Shown: positions 54,990 to 63,006 of the stretch, piece after piece | How the letters are laid out: every line of letters starts with the position of its first letter | How positions within the stretch are numbered: the first letter of the stretch is position 1 | Assembly: GCA_947085655.1 (NCBI GenBank) | Contig: CAMTXH010000006.1 | Span: 70,498-134,497, forward strand | Length of the DNA stretch: 64,000 nucleotides | Reading direction: 5' to 3' | From: an uncultured Omnitrophica bacterium | Lineage (GTDB): Bacteria > Omnitrophota > Gorgyraeia > JACQQV01 | Notes under the pieces: generated by a model | The model's input: the letters and a program-made list of their open reading frames with translations, nothing else | What the model was told of the DNA's origin: nothing | The model's database searches: none | Program-made: the position numbers and the translations under genes

Positions 54990-56119
54990 GGCGAAAAGCG
55001 GAGAAGGAATTCCCCGACCATCGGATCCGACAGCATAAACGCATCCTCTTTCCGCCGGACCAGTCCCTTCGTCTCAAGGCGGTAGAGAAAGTTCTTGATG
55101 TTGTCCACCGGAAAATTCCGTTTCCTTTTTTCGAAAATCATCACCTGCCTCAAATCCGAAATGGACATCGGGACCTTTTTTTCCGCCAACACCTTCAGCA
55201 CCTCATTTTCCCGGTCGCTGGCCCGCCGGATGAGGGCATGGAAATAATCCTGGCCGAGTTCGCGAAGCGACCGTTCAAAGGCCCCGTCCCATGAAGAAAG
55301 GCCCACCTTCCCTCCGATCTGCGCCTCATACAAGTGGCTGGCGAGGAGCTGGACTTCGTAAGGATGGCCCTGCGTCACGGTGAAAATCTTTTCAAGGATT
55401 TCATTCTCAAAAAACACGCCGCTTCCGGAAAGGGTTTCCCGGATAAGGTTGGAGCATGCTTCCCGGCCCAGATTCTCAACGGCCTCCCTTTTCCGGAAAA
55501 ACCGGCCCACCGGATCGTGTTTGTCCAAAAAAGTCCGCCACCCCTCCGGCGTCGTCGACAAAACGAAAAGAAAACGGCTCTTTTCCAAAACCGTCTCATG
55601 GCTGAGGGCGGCCCGGAGGATGTCGATGACCTGGGGAATCGGTCCGAAATTCTGAACGTCGTCGAGCAGAACAAGGGCCAAATCGGTGTTAAGGCGTTCC
55701 CAAAGTCCCGTTAAAAACCGGACCAGAGCGACCTGCGGCTGGTGGGAGAGACGTTTTTTGCCGGAGCGGCTTTTTTCGACCGGAAAAAGATCCCGGTCGG
55801 CCGGCAACGTCGGAAATCCGAGAAGAATCTCTTCCATGAGGAGAGAAATTCCTTCTTCAAGATGGGCTTTCTCAGGAAACCGGTTGATGGCGCAAAAAGA
55901 AGCAGGGGATCCTCCCTTTTGGGCGCTTTTTTTGAATTGTTTCAGAAGAGAGGTCTTTCCGATGCCCCAGTCGCCGACTACAACCATGTGATGCGGGCGG
56001 AGTTCCCTGGCTTCCTGGAGGGTTGCCTGAAAACGGACAAGGGTTTCCTCTCTCCCTCCGAAGACCTTCGGTTCCCAGCCGGATTGGGGCGTGAAAGGAT
56101 TTGCTGCAATTACTTCCAT
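54986..56119 (-). CDS. AAA ATPase (archaeal-type ATPase domain) with C-terminal winged-helix
   Basis: Walker A (GDWGIGKTS) and Walker B (LVLLDDVQ). C-terminal wHTH-like LYRLETKGLVRR. Confidence 0.6.
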   Translation of the reverse strand: MEVIAANPFTPQSGWEPKVFGGREETLVRFQATLQEARELRPHHMVVVGDWGIGKTSLLKQFKKSAQKGGSPASFCAINRFPEKAHLEEGISLLMEEILLGFPTLPADRDLFPVEKSRSGKKRLSHQPQVALVRFLTGLWERLNTDLALVLLDDVQNFGPIPQVIDILRAALSHETVLEKSRFLFVLSTTPEGWRTFLDKHDPVGRFFRKREAVENLGREACSNLIRETLSGSGVFFENEILEKIFTVTQGHPYEVQLLASHLYEAQIGGKVGLSSWDGAFERSLRELGQDYFHALIRRASDRENEVLKVLAEKKVPMSISDLRQVMIFEKRKRNFPVDNIKNFLYRLETKGLVRRKEDAFMLSDPMVGEFLLRFSP

Positions 56120-56853
56120 TTTGGATTCCTTTCAAGCCATTCCCGCAGTTCGATGGATTGGCCGGTCACTTTTTTGGAGGAATCCGAGCCGAGATAGACA
56201 AAAAGGCCGGCAATGTCATCGGGTGTCGGAAGCGCTTTCGGATTTTCATCCGGATAGGCCATCGCCCGCATCGCTGTGCGGGTCCCTCCCGGATTCACCG
56301 CATTCACCCGGATGCCGTGTTCCAGGACCTCCTCTGCCATCGCTTGCATCATGCCTTCGATGCCGAATTTGGAGACGGCGTAAGGTCCCCAATAGGGGGC
56401 GGGTCGCTTCCCGGCACCGGATGAAATCAAAATGACCGACCCTGATTTTTGTTGCATCATCACCTTGAGCGCCTCACGGGCAGGGAGAAAACTCCCTTTT
56501 AGATTCACTGCCATCGTTCGTTCCCAATCCTCTTCCGTGACCTCCGTCAAAGGGGCGCGGGGAGTTAGGATTCCGGCTGAAGTAACGAGAATATCAATGG
56601 CCTTAAAAGCGCTCTTTGCCGCCTGCATGAGTTGGATGGCATCCTGTTCCACAGAGACATCAGTTACCACCGCAAGGGTCTCTCCCCCCTCTCGTTTGAT
56701 CGCTTGGGCCACTTTCTGGAGGGCATCCGGATAGCGGCTGGCAAGAACCACTTTTGCCCCTTCCTGGGCATACCGGCGCGCCACCGCCTCCCCGATCCCG
56801 CGGCTCGCCCCTGTAATCACAGCTACTTTACCTTGAAGATTTTTCTCTTTCAT
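56110..56853 (-). CDS. SDR family NAD(P)-dependent oxidoreductase
   Basis: TGASRGIG cofactor motif. Catalytic YxxxK (YAVSKFG). Start placed at the internal ATG (MKEKNLQGKVAVITG). The ORF-track start is a TTG 9 codons upstream. Confidence 0.85.
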   Translation of the reverse strand: MKEKNLQGKVAVITGASRGIGEAVARRYAQEGAKVVLASRYPDALQKVAQAIKREGGETLAVVTDVSVEQDAIQLMQAAKSAFKAIDILVTSAGILTPRAPLTEVTEEDWERTMAVNLKGSFLPAREALKVMMQQKSGSVILISSGAGKRPAPYWGPYAVSKFGIEGMMQAMAEEVLEHGIRVNAVNPGGTRTAMRAMAYPDENPKALPTPDDIAGLFVYLGSDSSKKVTGQSIELREWLERNPKWK

Positions 56854-56868
56854 AACCTGTTGTCCCAC

Positions 56869-56921
56869 ATTATAAAACAAAACGGGTACAAAATCAAGTA
56901 CTTTTTGTACCCTTTGTACCC
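56869..56921 (-). promoter_or_regulatory. promoter (TTGATT-N17-TATAAT on minus strand) overlapped by inverted repeat GGGTACAAAA-N9-TTTTGTACCC plus an extra TTTGTACCC half-site
   Basis: Read directly. -10 at 56869-56874 and -35 at 56892-56897. The IR spans 56884-56912. Confidence 0.5.
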
Positions 56922-56923
56922 GA

Positions 56924-57013
56924 GGGACGTTTCTACACCTGGCTCCAATCTGTCCCCGGCATCTGCCCTATCGCAGGCCGGGGACAGGTTGGGGACAGAA
57001 CTAGAAACGTCCC
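56924..57013. repeat. nested inverted repeats (GGGACGTTTCTA ... TAGAAACGTCCC enclosing GTCCCCGGC ... GCCGGGGAC)
   Basis: 12-bp outer IR with the right arm overlapping the stop of the MDR gene. 9-bp inner IR. Confidence 0.6.
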
Positions 57014-58041
57014 TAAACTTTCAGGATTAACTTACCGAAGAGGTTGCGGCTTTCCATCTTTTCATGGGCCTTCGCCGCTTCTTTTAAAGGGAAGATGGAA
57101 TCGACCACCGGCTTCACTTTCCCGGATGCAGCCAACCGGAGGACCTTCCGGAGTTCCCGCTCCCCTCCCATGGTGGAACCAAGAATGGAAAACTGTTTGA
57201 AAAAAAGGAACCGGAGGTCCATTTCTACTTTAGGACCGCTTGTCGTCCCGCAGGTGACAAGACGGCCCCCTTTCGCAAGACAGGCCAAACTCCCGGTCCA
57301 GGTTTCCGGTCCAATATGCTCCAAGACAACCTCCACTCCTTTTCCTTTGGTCAGACGCTTGACCTCTTCGGCAAAATCGCTTTTTTTGTAGTTGATAACC
57401 CCCCAGGCTCCGAGTTTTTTCGCCTTGGCCAGTTTTTCATCCGACCCGGCCGTTGTGATGACGCGGGCACCCGCCTGTCGTGCCAGCTGAATCGCCGCGC
57501 TCCCGACCCCGCTCCCCGCTCCATGAATCAAAACTGTCTCTCCTTTTTTAAGACCGGCGCGGGTGATGAGCATATGATGAGCCGTCAAAAAGACAAGCGG
57601 GACCGCCGCCCACTCTTCAAAAGAAAGACCCGGCGGAACAGGAATGACATTTCTTGCCTTCGTCACAAAATATTCGGCGTTTCCGCCATCGCGGACATAA
57701 CCGAGAATCTGATACGAAGGGCAGAGACTTGTCTGATCTGTGCGGCAAAAGGAACACTTTCCGCATCCGCTTCCGGGCGAGATGACCACCGCCGTTCCTA
57801 CTTTGGGGCGCGTGACTCCCTTCCCCAGTTTGTCCACCACGCCGGAAATATCCGAACCGAGAATATGCGGGAGGGGAATCGTGATTCCGGGAAGCCCCAT
57901 TCGGAGCCAAAGATCCAAATGATTGAGAGCGCACGCTTTCACGCGGATCCGGATCTCCCCCGCCTTTGGTTCAGGGGTCGGCCGTTCCCCGTATTCCAAA
58001 ACCTCCGGGCCTCCGTGGCGGGAAATAAAAACGGCTTTCAC
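57013..58041 (-). CDS. zinc-binding alcohol dehydrogenase / quinone oxidoreductase (MDR family)
   Basis: GroES-like N-terminus. Rossmann GAGSGVGSAAIQLA. Confidence 0.8.
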   Translation of the reverse strand: MKAVFISRHGGPEVLEYGERPTPEPKAGEIRIRVKACALNHLDLWLRMGLPGITIPLPHILGSDISGVVDKLGKGVTRPKVGTAVVISPGSGCGKCSFCRTDQTSLCPSYQILGYVRDGGNAEYFVTKARNVIPVPPGLSFEEWAAVPLVFLTAHHMLITRAGLKKGETVLIHGAGSGVGSAAIQLARQAGARVITTAGSDEKLAKAKKLGAWGVINYKKSDFAEEVKRLTKGKGVEVVLEHIGPETWTGSLACLAKGGRLVTCGTTSGPKVEMDLRFLFFKQFSILGSTMGGERELRKVLRLAASGKVKPVVDSIFPLKEAAKAHEKMESRNLFGKLILKV

Positions 58042-58988
58042 GAAGCGGACTCCTTCAGTGAAGTATCAAAGATCTGGTAAAGTTCCTCAAGATCTTCCGG
58101 TTTGAGAGCTCCCCTCTCATGGGCCCGGATATTCTCCTCAACTTGCTCCGGAGTCTTCGCCCCCGGAATAACGACGGAGACCTCCCCACGGGAAAGGACA
58201 AATTTAAGCGCCACCTGGGCAAGAGTAGTCTTGTACCGGTCTGCCATGAACTTCACCGCTTCCACCTCTTCCAGTTCTTCCTTTAACTCCTCTTTGGTCC
58301 ACCGCTTTCGGTGATCGTTTTTCCCGAAGACCGAATCCTTTGTATATTTTCCCGTCAAAAACCCGCACGCAAGGGGCTCGCGGGCGATCACTCCGACATT
58401 TTTCTTTTTTGCAAGCGGGAGAATTTGCGGGCGAACCTCCTGCTCAATCATGTTATATACAAGCTGTACCGTATCGGACCCTCCGGACAAAATGACCTCC
58501 TTTGCCTCATCCACTTCATGAATCGAAATGCCGACAAAGCGTGTTTTTCCCTCCCGCTTGAACTCATCCAGCGTCTTGAAAATTTCCCCTTCCCGGATCG
58601 TCTCAAGATCCGGATTGTGAAGATGATAAATATCGACGTAGTCCGTCTTGAGCCGTTTCAAACTCTGGTGAAGCGCTTCCTTTAAATAGGAAGCTCCCAT
58701 CTCTTTTTTCCGCTCCTTTCCGTGATAAAAGTCCCATCCCCCCTTGGTGGCGATGAAGAGTTCTTTTCGAATACCCTGGAAGAGTTTGCCGAGGAGTTGT
58801 TCGCTGTGGCCGTTTCCGTAGATATCGGCCGTGTCAAAAAAATTGACACCGAGATCGAGTGCTCTTTTTACCGCCCGGCTGGAGACACGGTCATCGGTAG
58901 AGCCGTAACTTGTCCCCCCGATTGCCCAAGCCCCGAAACCGATCTCGGAAACGTCAAGGTTCGTCCGTCCAAGTTTCCGGAATTTCAT
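58038..58988 (-). CDS. aldo/keto reductase
   Basis: MKFRKLGRTNLDVSEIGFGAW...DTADIYG AKR signature. Start approximated at the internal Met. The ORF-track start is a TTG. Confidence 0.75.
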   Translation of the reverse strand: MKFRKLGRTNLDVSEIGFGAWAIGGTSYGSTDDRVSSRAVKRALDLGVNFFDTADIYGNGHSEQLLGKLFQGIRKELFIATKGGWDFYHGKERKKEMGASYLKEALHQSLKRLKTDYVDIYHLHNPDLETIREGEIFKTLDEFKREGKTRFVGISIHEVDEAKEVILSGGSDTVQLVYNMIEQEVRPQILPLAKKKNVGVIAREPLACGFLTGKYTKDSVFGKNDHRKRWTKEELKEELEEVEAVKFMADRYKTTLAQVALKFVLSRGEVSVVIPGAKTPEQVEENIRAHERGALKPEDLEELYQIFDTSLKESAS

Positions 58989-59373
58989 CCGCAAATGGTT
59001 TTTCCTCCCCCGGTTTTTTAAGAAAAAAGAGTTGCGGAAACTCCTGAAGCGGTTCCTGACGCGCAAGGCGTTCCTGAAGGGTCTGAAATGTTTTCAGAAA
59101 TGCCTCGACGTCCACTCCCCAGTAGCCGCGGCGGAAGGATTGGAGTTTCTCAACCGAACTTCCGTAAAGATCACCGCCGGTTCCCTCCCCCTTCTGAACG
59201 TGCACCAAGAAAGCGGCCGCCTGAATCAACCCCTGAAGGAACCGCTTGTCCTCCTCGTCGGCGGTATTTCTCCAGATCTCCTCCCATGCCTCGTGCGCTT
59301 CAAAAAATTTCTCTCGGTTAAAATAGTTGATTCCCTTATGGTAATTTTCCCAGTCTTCCGGCTCGTACTTCAT
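58954..59373 (-). CDS. DUF309 domain protein
   Basis: FNREKFFEAHEAWEEIW motif. Confidence 0.6.
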   Translation of the reverse strand: MKYEPEDWENYHKGINYFNREKFFEAHEAWEEIWRNTADEEDKRFLQGLIQAAAFLVHVQKGEGTGGDLYGSSVEKLQSFRRGYWGVDVEAFLKTFQTLQERLARQEPLQEFPQLFFLKKPGEEKPFADEIPETWTDEP

Positions 59374-59954
59374 TAAAAATCAATCCCCCTCTGGGCCACA
59401 ATCCCCTTCCGGAAGGGGTGTTTCACTTCTTTCATTTCGGTGACAAGGTCGGCGACGGCTACGAGCTCCTTCGGCGCGTTCCGTCCCGTCAAAACCAGAT
59501 GAAGCGGGGCCGGTTTCTGTTTGATAAAATCGATCACTTCCCGCTTCTTCAAAAATCCGTATCCCAGCACGTAGTTGATTTCATCCAGAATGACCACATC
59601 GTATTTCCCGCTCAAAATCGCCTCTTTGGAAAAGCGCCAAGTCTGTTCGGAAAGAGCCACATCCCTTGACCGGTCCTTCGTCTCCCAGGTAAAACCCTCC
59701 CCCATCTGAAGAATCGTGAAGCGCTCCGGAAACTGCTTAGCCGATTCCAATTCGCCATATTTCCAGCTTCCCTTCATGAATTGAATCATGAGAACCTTCA
59801 TGCCGGCACCGAGCGCCCGGAAAGCAAGGCCGAGGGCGGCGGTCGTCTTCCCCTTCCCCGGTCCGGTGTAAACAAGGATGAGGCCTTTCTTCCGGGGGGC
59901 TTTGAGGATTTTACGCTTATCGATTTTCCGCGTGCGCGGCACTCTGACGGCCAA
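59373..59954 (-). CDS. cobO: cob(I)yrinic acid a,c-diamide adenosyltransferase (CobO/BtuR type)
   Basis: P-loop GPGKGKTTAALG and CobA/CobO-like sequence. Confidence 0.8.
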   Translation of the reverse strand: MAVRVPRTRKIDKRKILKAPRKKGLILVYTGPGKGKTTAALGLAFRALGAGMKVLMIQFMKGSWKYGELESAKQFPERFTILQMGEGFTWETKDRSRDVALSEQTWRFSKEAILSGKYDVVILDEINYVLGYGFLKKREVIDFIKQKPAPLHLVLTGRNAPKELVAVADLVTEMKEVKHPFRKGIVAQRGIDF

Positions 59955-60840
59955 GGTAGTCCTTCATCCCTTCCTGGGTGGTGAATTGAGGCCGGTATCC
60001 GATCAGGGAGCGGGCCTCGGTCAGGTCCGCTTCCGTGTAATCCTGGTAGAAGGCGTAAGGGTTGTCAAAATACTCCGGCTTGTGGAAGGTCCCGAGAATT
60101 TCATTTAATGTCCGGATCACTTCGTTGAAAGAGACCGCTTTGCCGGTCCCCACATTCACAATGCCGCTTTTTCCGGATTGAAAAGCAAGGAGATTCGCCC
60201 GGACCGCATCCTTGACATACACAAAATCCCGCTTCTGTTCCCCATGTTTAAAAATACGCGGCCTCCTCCCGGATTTCATCTGTGCGGCGAGCTTGGAAAC
60301 CATACTGGTGGCGTTTCCCTTGTAGGATTCGCGGGGACCAAAAACATTAAAGTAGCGAAGCCCGACAATCGGCGGGTAGGTCTTCTGACGAATCGCCCGG
60401 ATCGCCATCTCGTCCATCCTGGCTTTGGAAACGCCGTAACAGTTGGTCGGCTGGGAGGGTTGGGATTCCCTCATAGGGGCTTGTCCTTTTCCGTAAACAG
60501 CGGCGGAGGAGGCGTAAATCACGGGTGCAGCGAGTTTTTTTGCAAAATCAAGAAGGGGCTGAAATCCGTCGACATTGGCGCGGAACATTTTTTTCTCATC
60601 CGTGACGGTGGTGTCGGTAATTGCCGCCTGATGAAAAATGGCATCGAGCGCTTTGAATTTGGAAGCGAAATTGAAAGAGGTCACATCCGCACGGATCACC
60701 TCCCCCCGGAAACCTTTGAGATTGTTTTCATTTCCGGACGAAAAATCATCCAAAACGGTGACAGTGTGTCCCTCGTTTTCAAGAAAGAGGGCCAAATTCG
60801 AGCCGATAAATCCGGCGCCGCCCGTCACAAGTACCTTCAT
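59917..60840 (-). CDS. hldD: ADP-L-glycero-D-manno-heptose-6-epimerase-like NAD-dependent epimerase
   Basis: VTGGAGFIGSN. YASSAAVYG. C-terminus ADLT..R..GY.P collinear with HldD. Confidence 0.7.
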   Translation of the reverse strand: MKVLVTGGAGFIGSNLALFLENEGHTVTVLDDFSSGNENNLKGFRGEVIRADVTSFNFASKFKALDAIFHQAAITDTTVTDEKKMFRANVDGFQPLLDFAKKLAAPVIYASSAAVYGKGQAPMRESQPSQPTNCYGVSKARMDEMAIRAIRQKTYPPIVGLRYFNVFGPRESYKGNATSMVSKLAAQMKSGRRPRIFKHGEQKRDFVYVKDAVRANLLAFQSGKSGIVNVGTGKAVSFNEVIRTLNEILGTFHKPEYFDNPYAFYQDYTEADLTEARSLIGYRPQFTTQEGMKDYLGRQSAAHAENR

Positions 60841-61463
60841 TGCTTCACACTCACGCTCACCCCGTCCCGAAGCGGGAGGATCGTTGTGAAAAGACCGTTT
60901 GTTTCGTAAATCAGCCGGGTGAATTCGCGGATTCCTTCCGTTGTCGCGTCCCGATCCCTGGTCATGACTTTCCCGAACCAGAGGATGTTGTCCGCGATTA
61001 AAAGACCTCCTTTGCGCAGTTTCGGGAGCGCCTTCCGGAAGGCAACCGGATAATCTTCCTTGTTGATATCGATGAAAATCAGATCGAAAGGGCCGGGGTA
61101 ACGGTCAATGACTTCAAGGGCATTCCCGACTTCGACCTTGATCCGTTCCTCCACCTCTCCCTTTTTAAAAAAGTTCTTCGCTTTCTCTGTCAATTTCGGG
61201 GACCCTTCCGTGAACACGACCTTCCCGTCCCCCGGAACGGCCTTCGCAAACCAGTAGGCGGAGTAGCCGAAGCCGCTTCCCATTTCAAAAATGTACTTCG
61301 CTTTAATAGAAAAAGCGAGTTGAAAAAGGAAACGTCCGACGAGGGGACCGACCATCGGGAAGTCAAGGGACGCTCCATACGCCTCCATCTCTTTGAGGAG
61401 GGCGTCCTCCTCGGGAAGGAGCTGATACAGGTATTTCTCCACGCGGGGATGGACCAATTCCAT
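60837..61463 (-). CDS. class I SAM-dependent O-methyltransferase (family 3)
   Basis: SAM motif (IFEMGSGFGYS) and caffeoyl-CoA OMT-like sequence. Confidence 0.75.
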   Translation of the reverse strand: MELVHPRVEKYLYQLLPEEDALLKEMEAYGASLDFPMVGPLVGRFLFQLAFSIKAKYIFEMGSGFGYSAYWFAKAVPGDGKVVFTEGSPKLTEKAKNFFKKGEVEERIKVEVGNALEVIDRYPGPFDLIFIDINKEDYPVAFRKALPKLRKGGLLIADNILWFGKVMTRDRDATTEGIREFTRLIYETNGLFTTILPLRDGVSVSVKQ

Positions 61464-61560
61464 GGAGCGATTTTACCATAAAAGGAAAAATTGAGACAAC
61501 CACTCTTTTGCGTGAATCGATCTGCCTTGCGTGGTATAATGAGGTAAAAGGAGGAAAGCC

Positions 61561-61671
61561 ATGAATATTTTCGGTATTGTCCTGATTGTGATTATCGCCG
61601 CGGGTCTTCTTTTCTGGAAAAAATGCGGCGGCGGTTGCGGAATGAAGAAAAAGGGAGACGAACATAAGTGA
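61561..61671 (+). CDS. small Cys-rich membrane protein (FeoB-associated Cys-rich membrane protein-like, 36 aa)
   Basis: Manual translation gives MNIFGIVLIVIIAAGLLFWKKCGGGCGMKKKGDEHK*. Strong RBS AAGGAGG. Extended -10 TGgTATAAT upstream. Absent from the ORF track because it is under 60 aa. Confidence 0.5.
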   Translation: MNIFGIVLIVIIAAGLLFWKKCGGGCGMKKKGDEHK

Positions 61672-62297
61672 CCTCCCGGGAACGGGCCCAGAAAATTTTT
61701 GCCATTCTCAAAAAGGAGATTCCGGACGCCCGCTGTGCCCTGAACCATAAGAACCCCCTGGAGCTTCTGGTGGCAACGATTCTCTCCGCCCAATGCACTG
61801 ATAAGCGGGTGAACGAGGTCACGAAGACACTCTTCAAAAAATACAAATCCGCAAAAGATTACGCCACCGCTTCCCCAAAGACCTTCGAACAGGAAATCCG
61901 CTCAACCGGTTTTTACCAGAACAAAACCAAAAGTATCATCAACTGCTGTAAAAAACTCGTCGAAAACCACAACGGCCAAGTCCCGAAGACGATGGAGGAA
62001 TTGACCCCGCTTCCGGGTATCGGGCGGAAAACCGCCAATGTCATTTTAGGGACCGCTTTCGGCATTCCCGGTATTGTGGTGGACACGCATGTGAAACGGT
62101 TAAGCCAACGGATGGGGCTGACGGACAAAAAGGACCCGGACAAAATCGAATTCGATCTGATGGAACTGATTCCTCAGAAGGAGTGGACCTTATTTTCGCA
62201 TACGCTGATCTGGCATGGACGGCAGACCTGTCATGCCCTTAAGCCCGATTGTCCCGCCTGTAGGGTCAATCGGCTCTGTCCGTCCTCAACAGTGTAA
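61668..62297 (+). CDS. nth: endonuclease III
   Basis: HhH-GPD (LPGIGRKTANVIL...D) and C-terminal 4Fe-4S cluster Cys motif (C..C..C..C). The GTG start overlaps the stop of the small ORF. Confidence 0.9.
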   Translation: MTSRERAQKIFAILKKEIPDARCALNHKNPLELLVATILSAQCTDKRVNEVTKTLFKKYKSAKDYATASPKTFEQEIRSTGFYQNKTKSIINCCKKLVENHNGQVPKTMEELTPLPGIGRKTANVILGTAFGIPGIVVDTHVKRLSQRMGLTDKKDPDKIEFDLMELIPQKEWTLFSHTLIWHGRQTCHALKPDCPACRVNRLCPSSTV

Positions 62298-62313
62298 AGG
62301 GAGGAAATGAATC

Positions 62314-63006
62314 ATGAAAATTGGTGTGATGTTGTCCGGGTGCGGCGTGATGGATGGTTCGGAAATCCACGAATCGATCCTCACTCTCTTGGCGATTGAC
62401 CGGGCCGGGGCCGAAGCAATCTGCATGGCACCGAACATCGAACAGAAAGAGGTCATCGACCATCTGGCCAACAAGCCGGAAAACGAAAAAAGAAATGTCC
62501 TCAAGGAGGCGGCCCGGATCGCCCGAGGAAAAATCCGGGATGTGAAAACGGTAAAAGCGAATGAACTCGACGCCCTCATCTTTCCGGGCGGATACGGGGC
62601 GGCGAAGAATCTCTGCGATTTTGCTACCGAGGGAAAAGACGCAAAGGTCCACCCGGACGTGGCGCATCTTGTGACCAACATCGTTCAGGCAAAAAAGCCG
62701 GTCGGTGCCATCTGTATTGCCCCGGCGCTCATGGCGGCCATCTATAGGGGAAAGCAAAAGGTCCGCCTGACCATCGGAACCGACAGGGAAACAGCGGCAC
62801 AGCTTGAGGCGATGGGGGCTGAACATCAGAACTGCCCGGTCCGGGAATTGGTGATGGACCGCGAAAACAGACTCGTGACAACGCCCGCCTATATGCTTGC
62901 CAACCGGATCTCGGAAGCGGCCGAAGGAATAGAGAAGCTGGTCAAGGCCGTCATTGAACTCGCCGGAGAAGAAGCTTGGACAAAAAAGAGGTTGCTTCAG
63001 TCTTAG
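62314..63006 (+). CDS. elbB: isoprenoid biosynthesis glyoxalase ElbB (DJ-1/PfpI family)
   Basis: ElbB-like sequence (MKIGVMLSGCGVMDGSEIHE...PGGYGAAKNL...GAICIAP). Confidence 0.8.
   Translation: MKIGVMLSGCGVMDGSEIHESILTLLAIDRAGAEAICMAPNIEQKEVIDHLANKPENEKRNVLKEAARIARGKIRDVKTVKANELDALIFPGGYGAAKNLCDFATEGKDAKVHPDVAHLVTNIVQAKKPVGAICIAPALMAAIYRGKQKVRLTIGTDRETAAQLEAMGAEHQNCPVRELVMDRENRLVTTPAYMLANRISEAAEGIEKLVKAVIELAGEEAWTKKRLLQS

Noticed and set aside
56858-56880. ORF-track start of the SDR gene at 56880
   Set aside because: That start is a TTG read as Met by the ORF caller. The internal ATG at 56853 gives the canonical SDR N-terminus (MKEKNLQGKVAVITGAS) and places a TTGATT-N17-TATAAT promoter correctly upstream. 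The ORF track evidently also accepts TTG starts (seen again at 59066), so several listed N-termini are probably over-extended.
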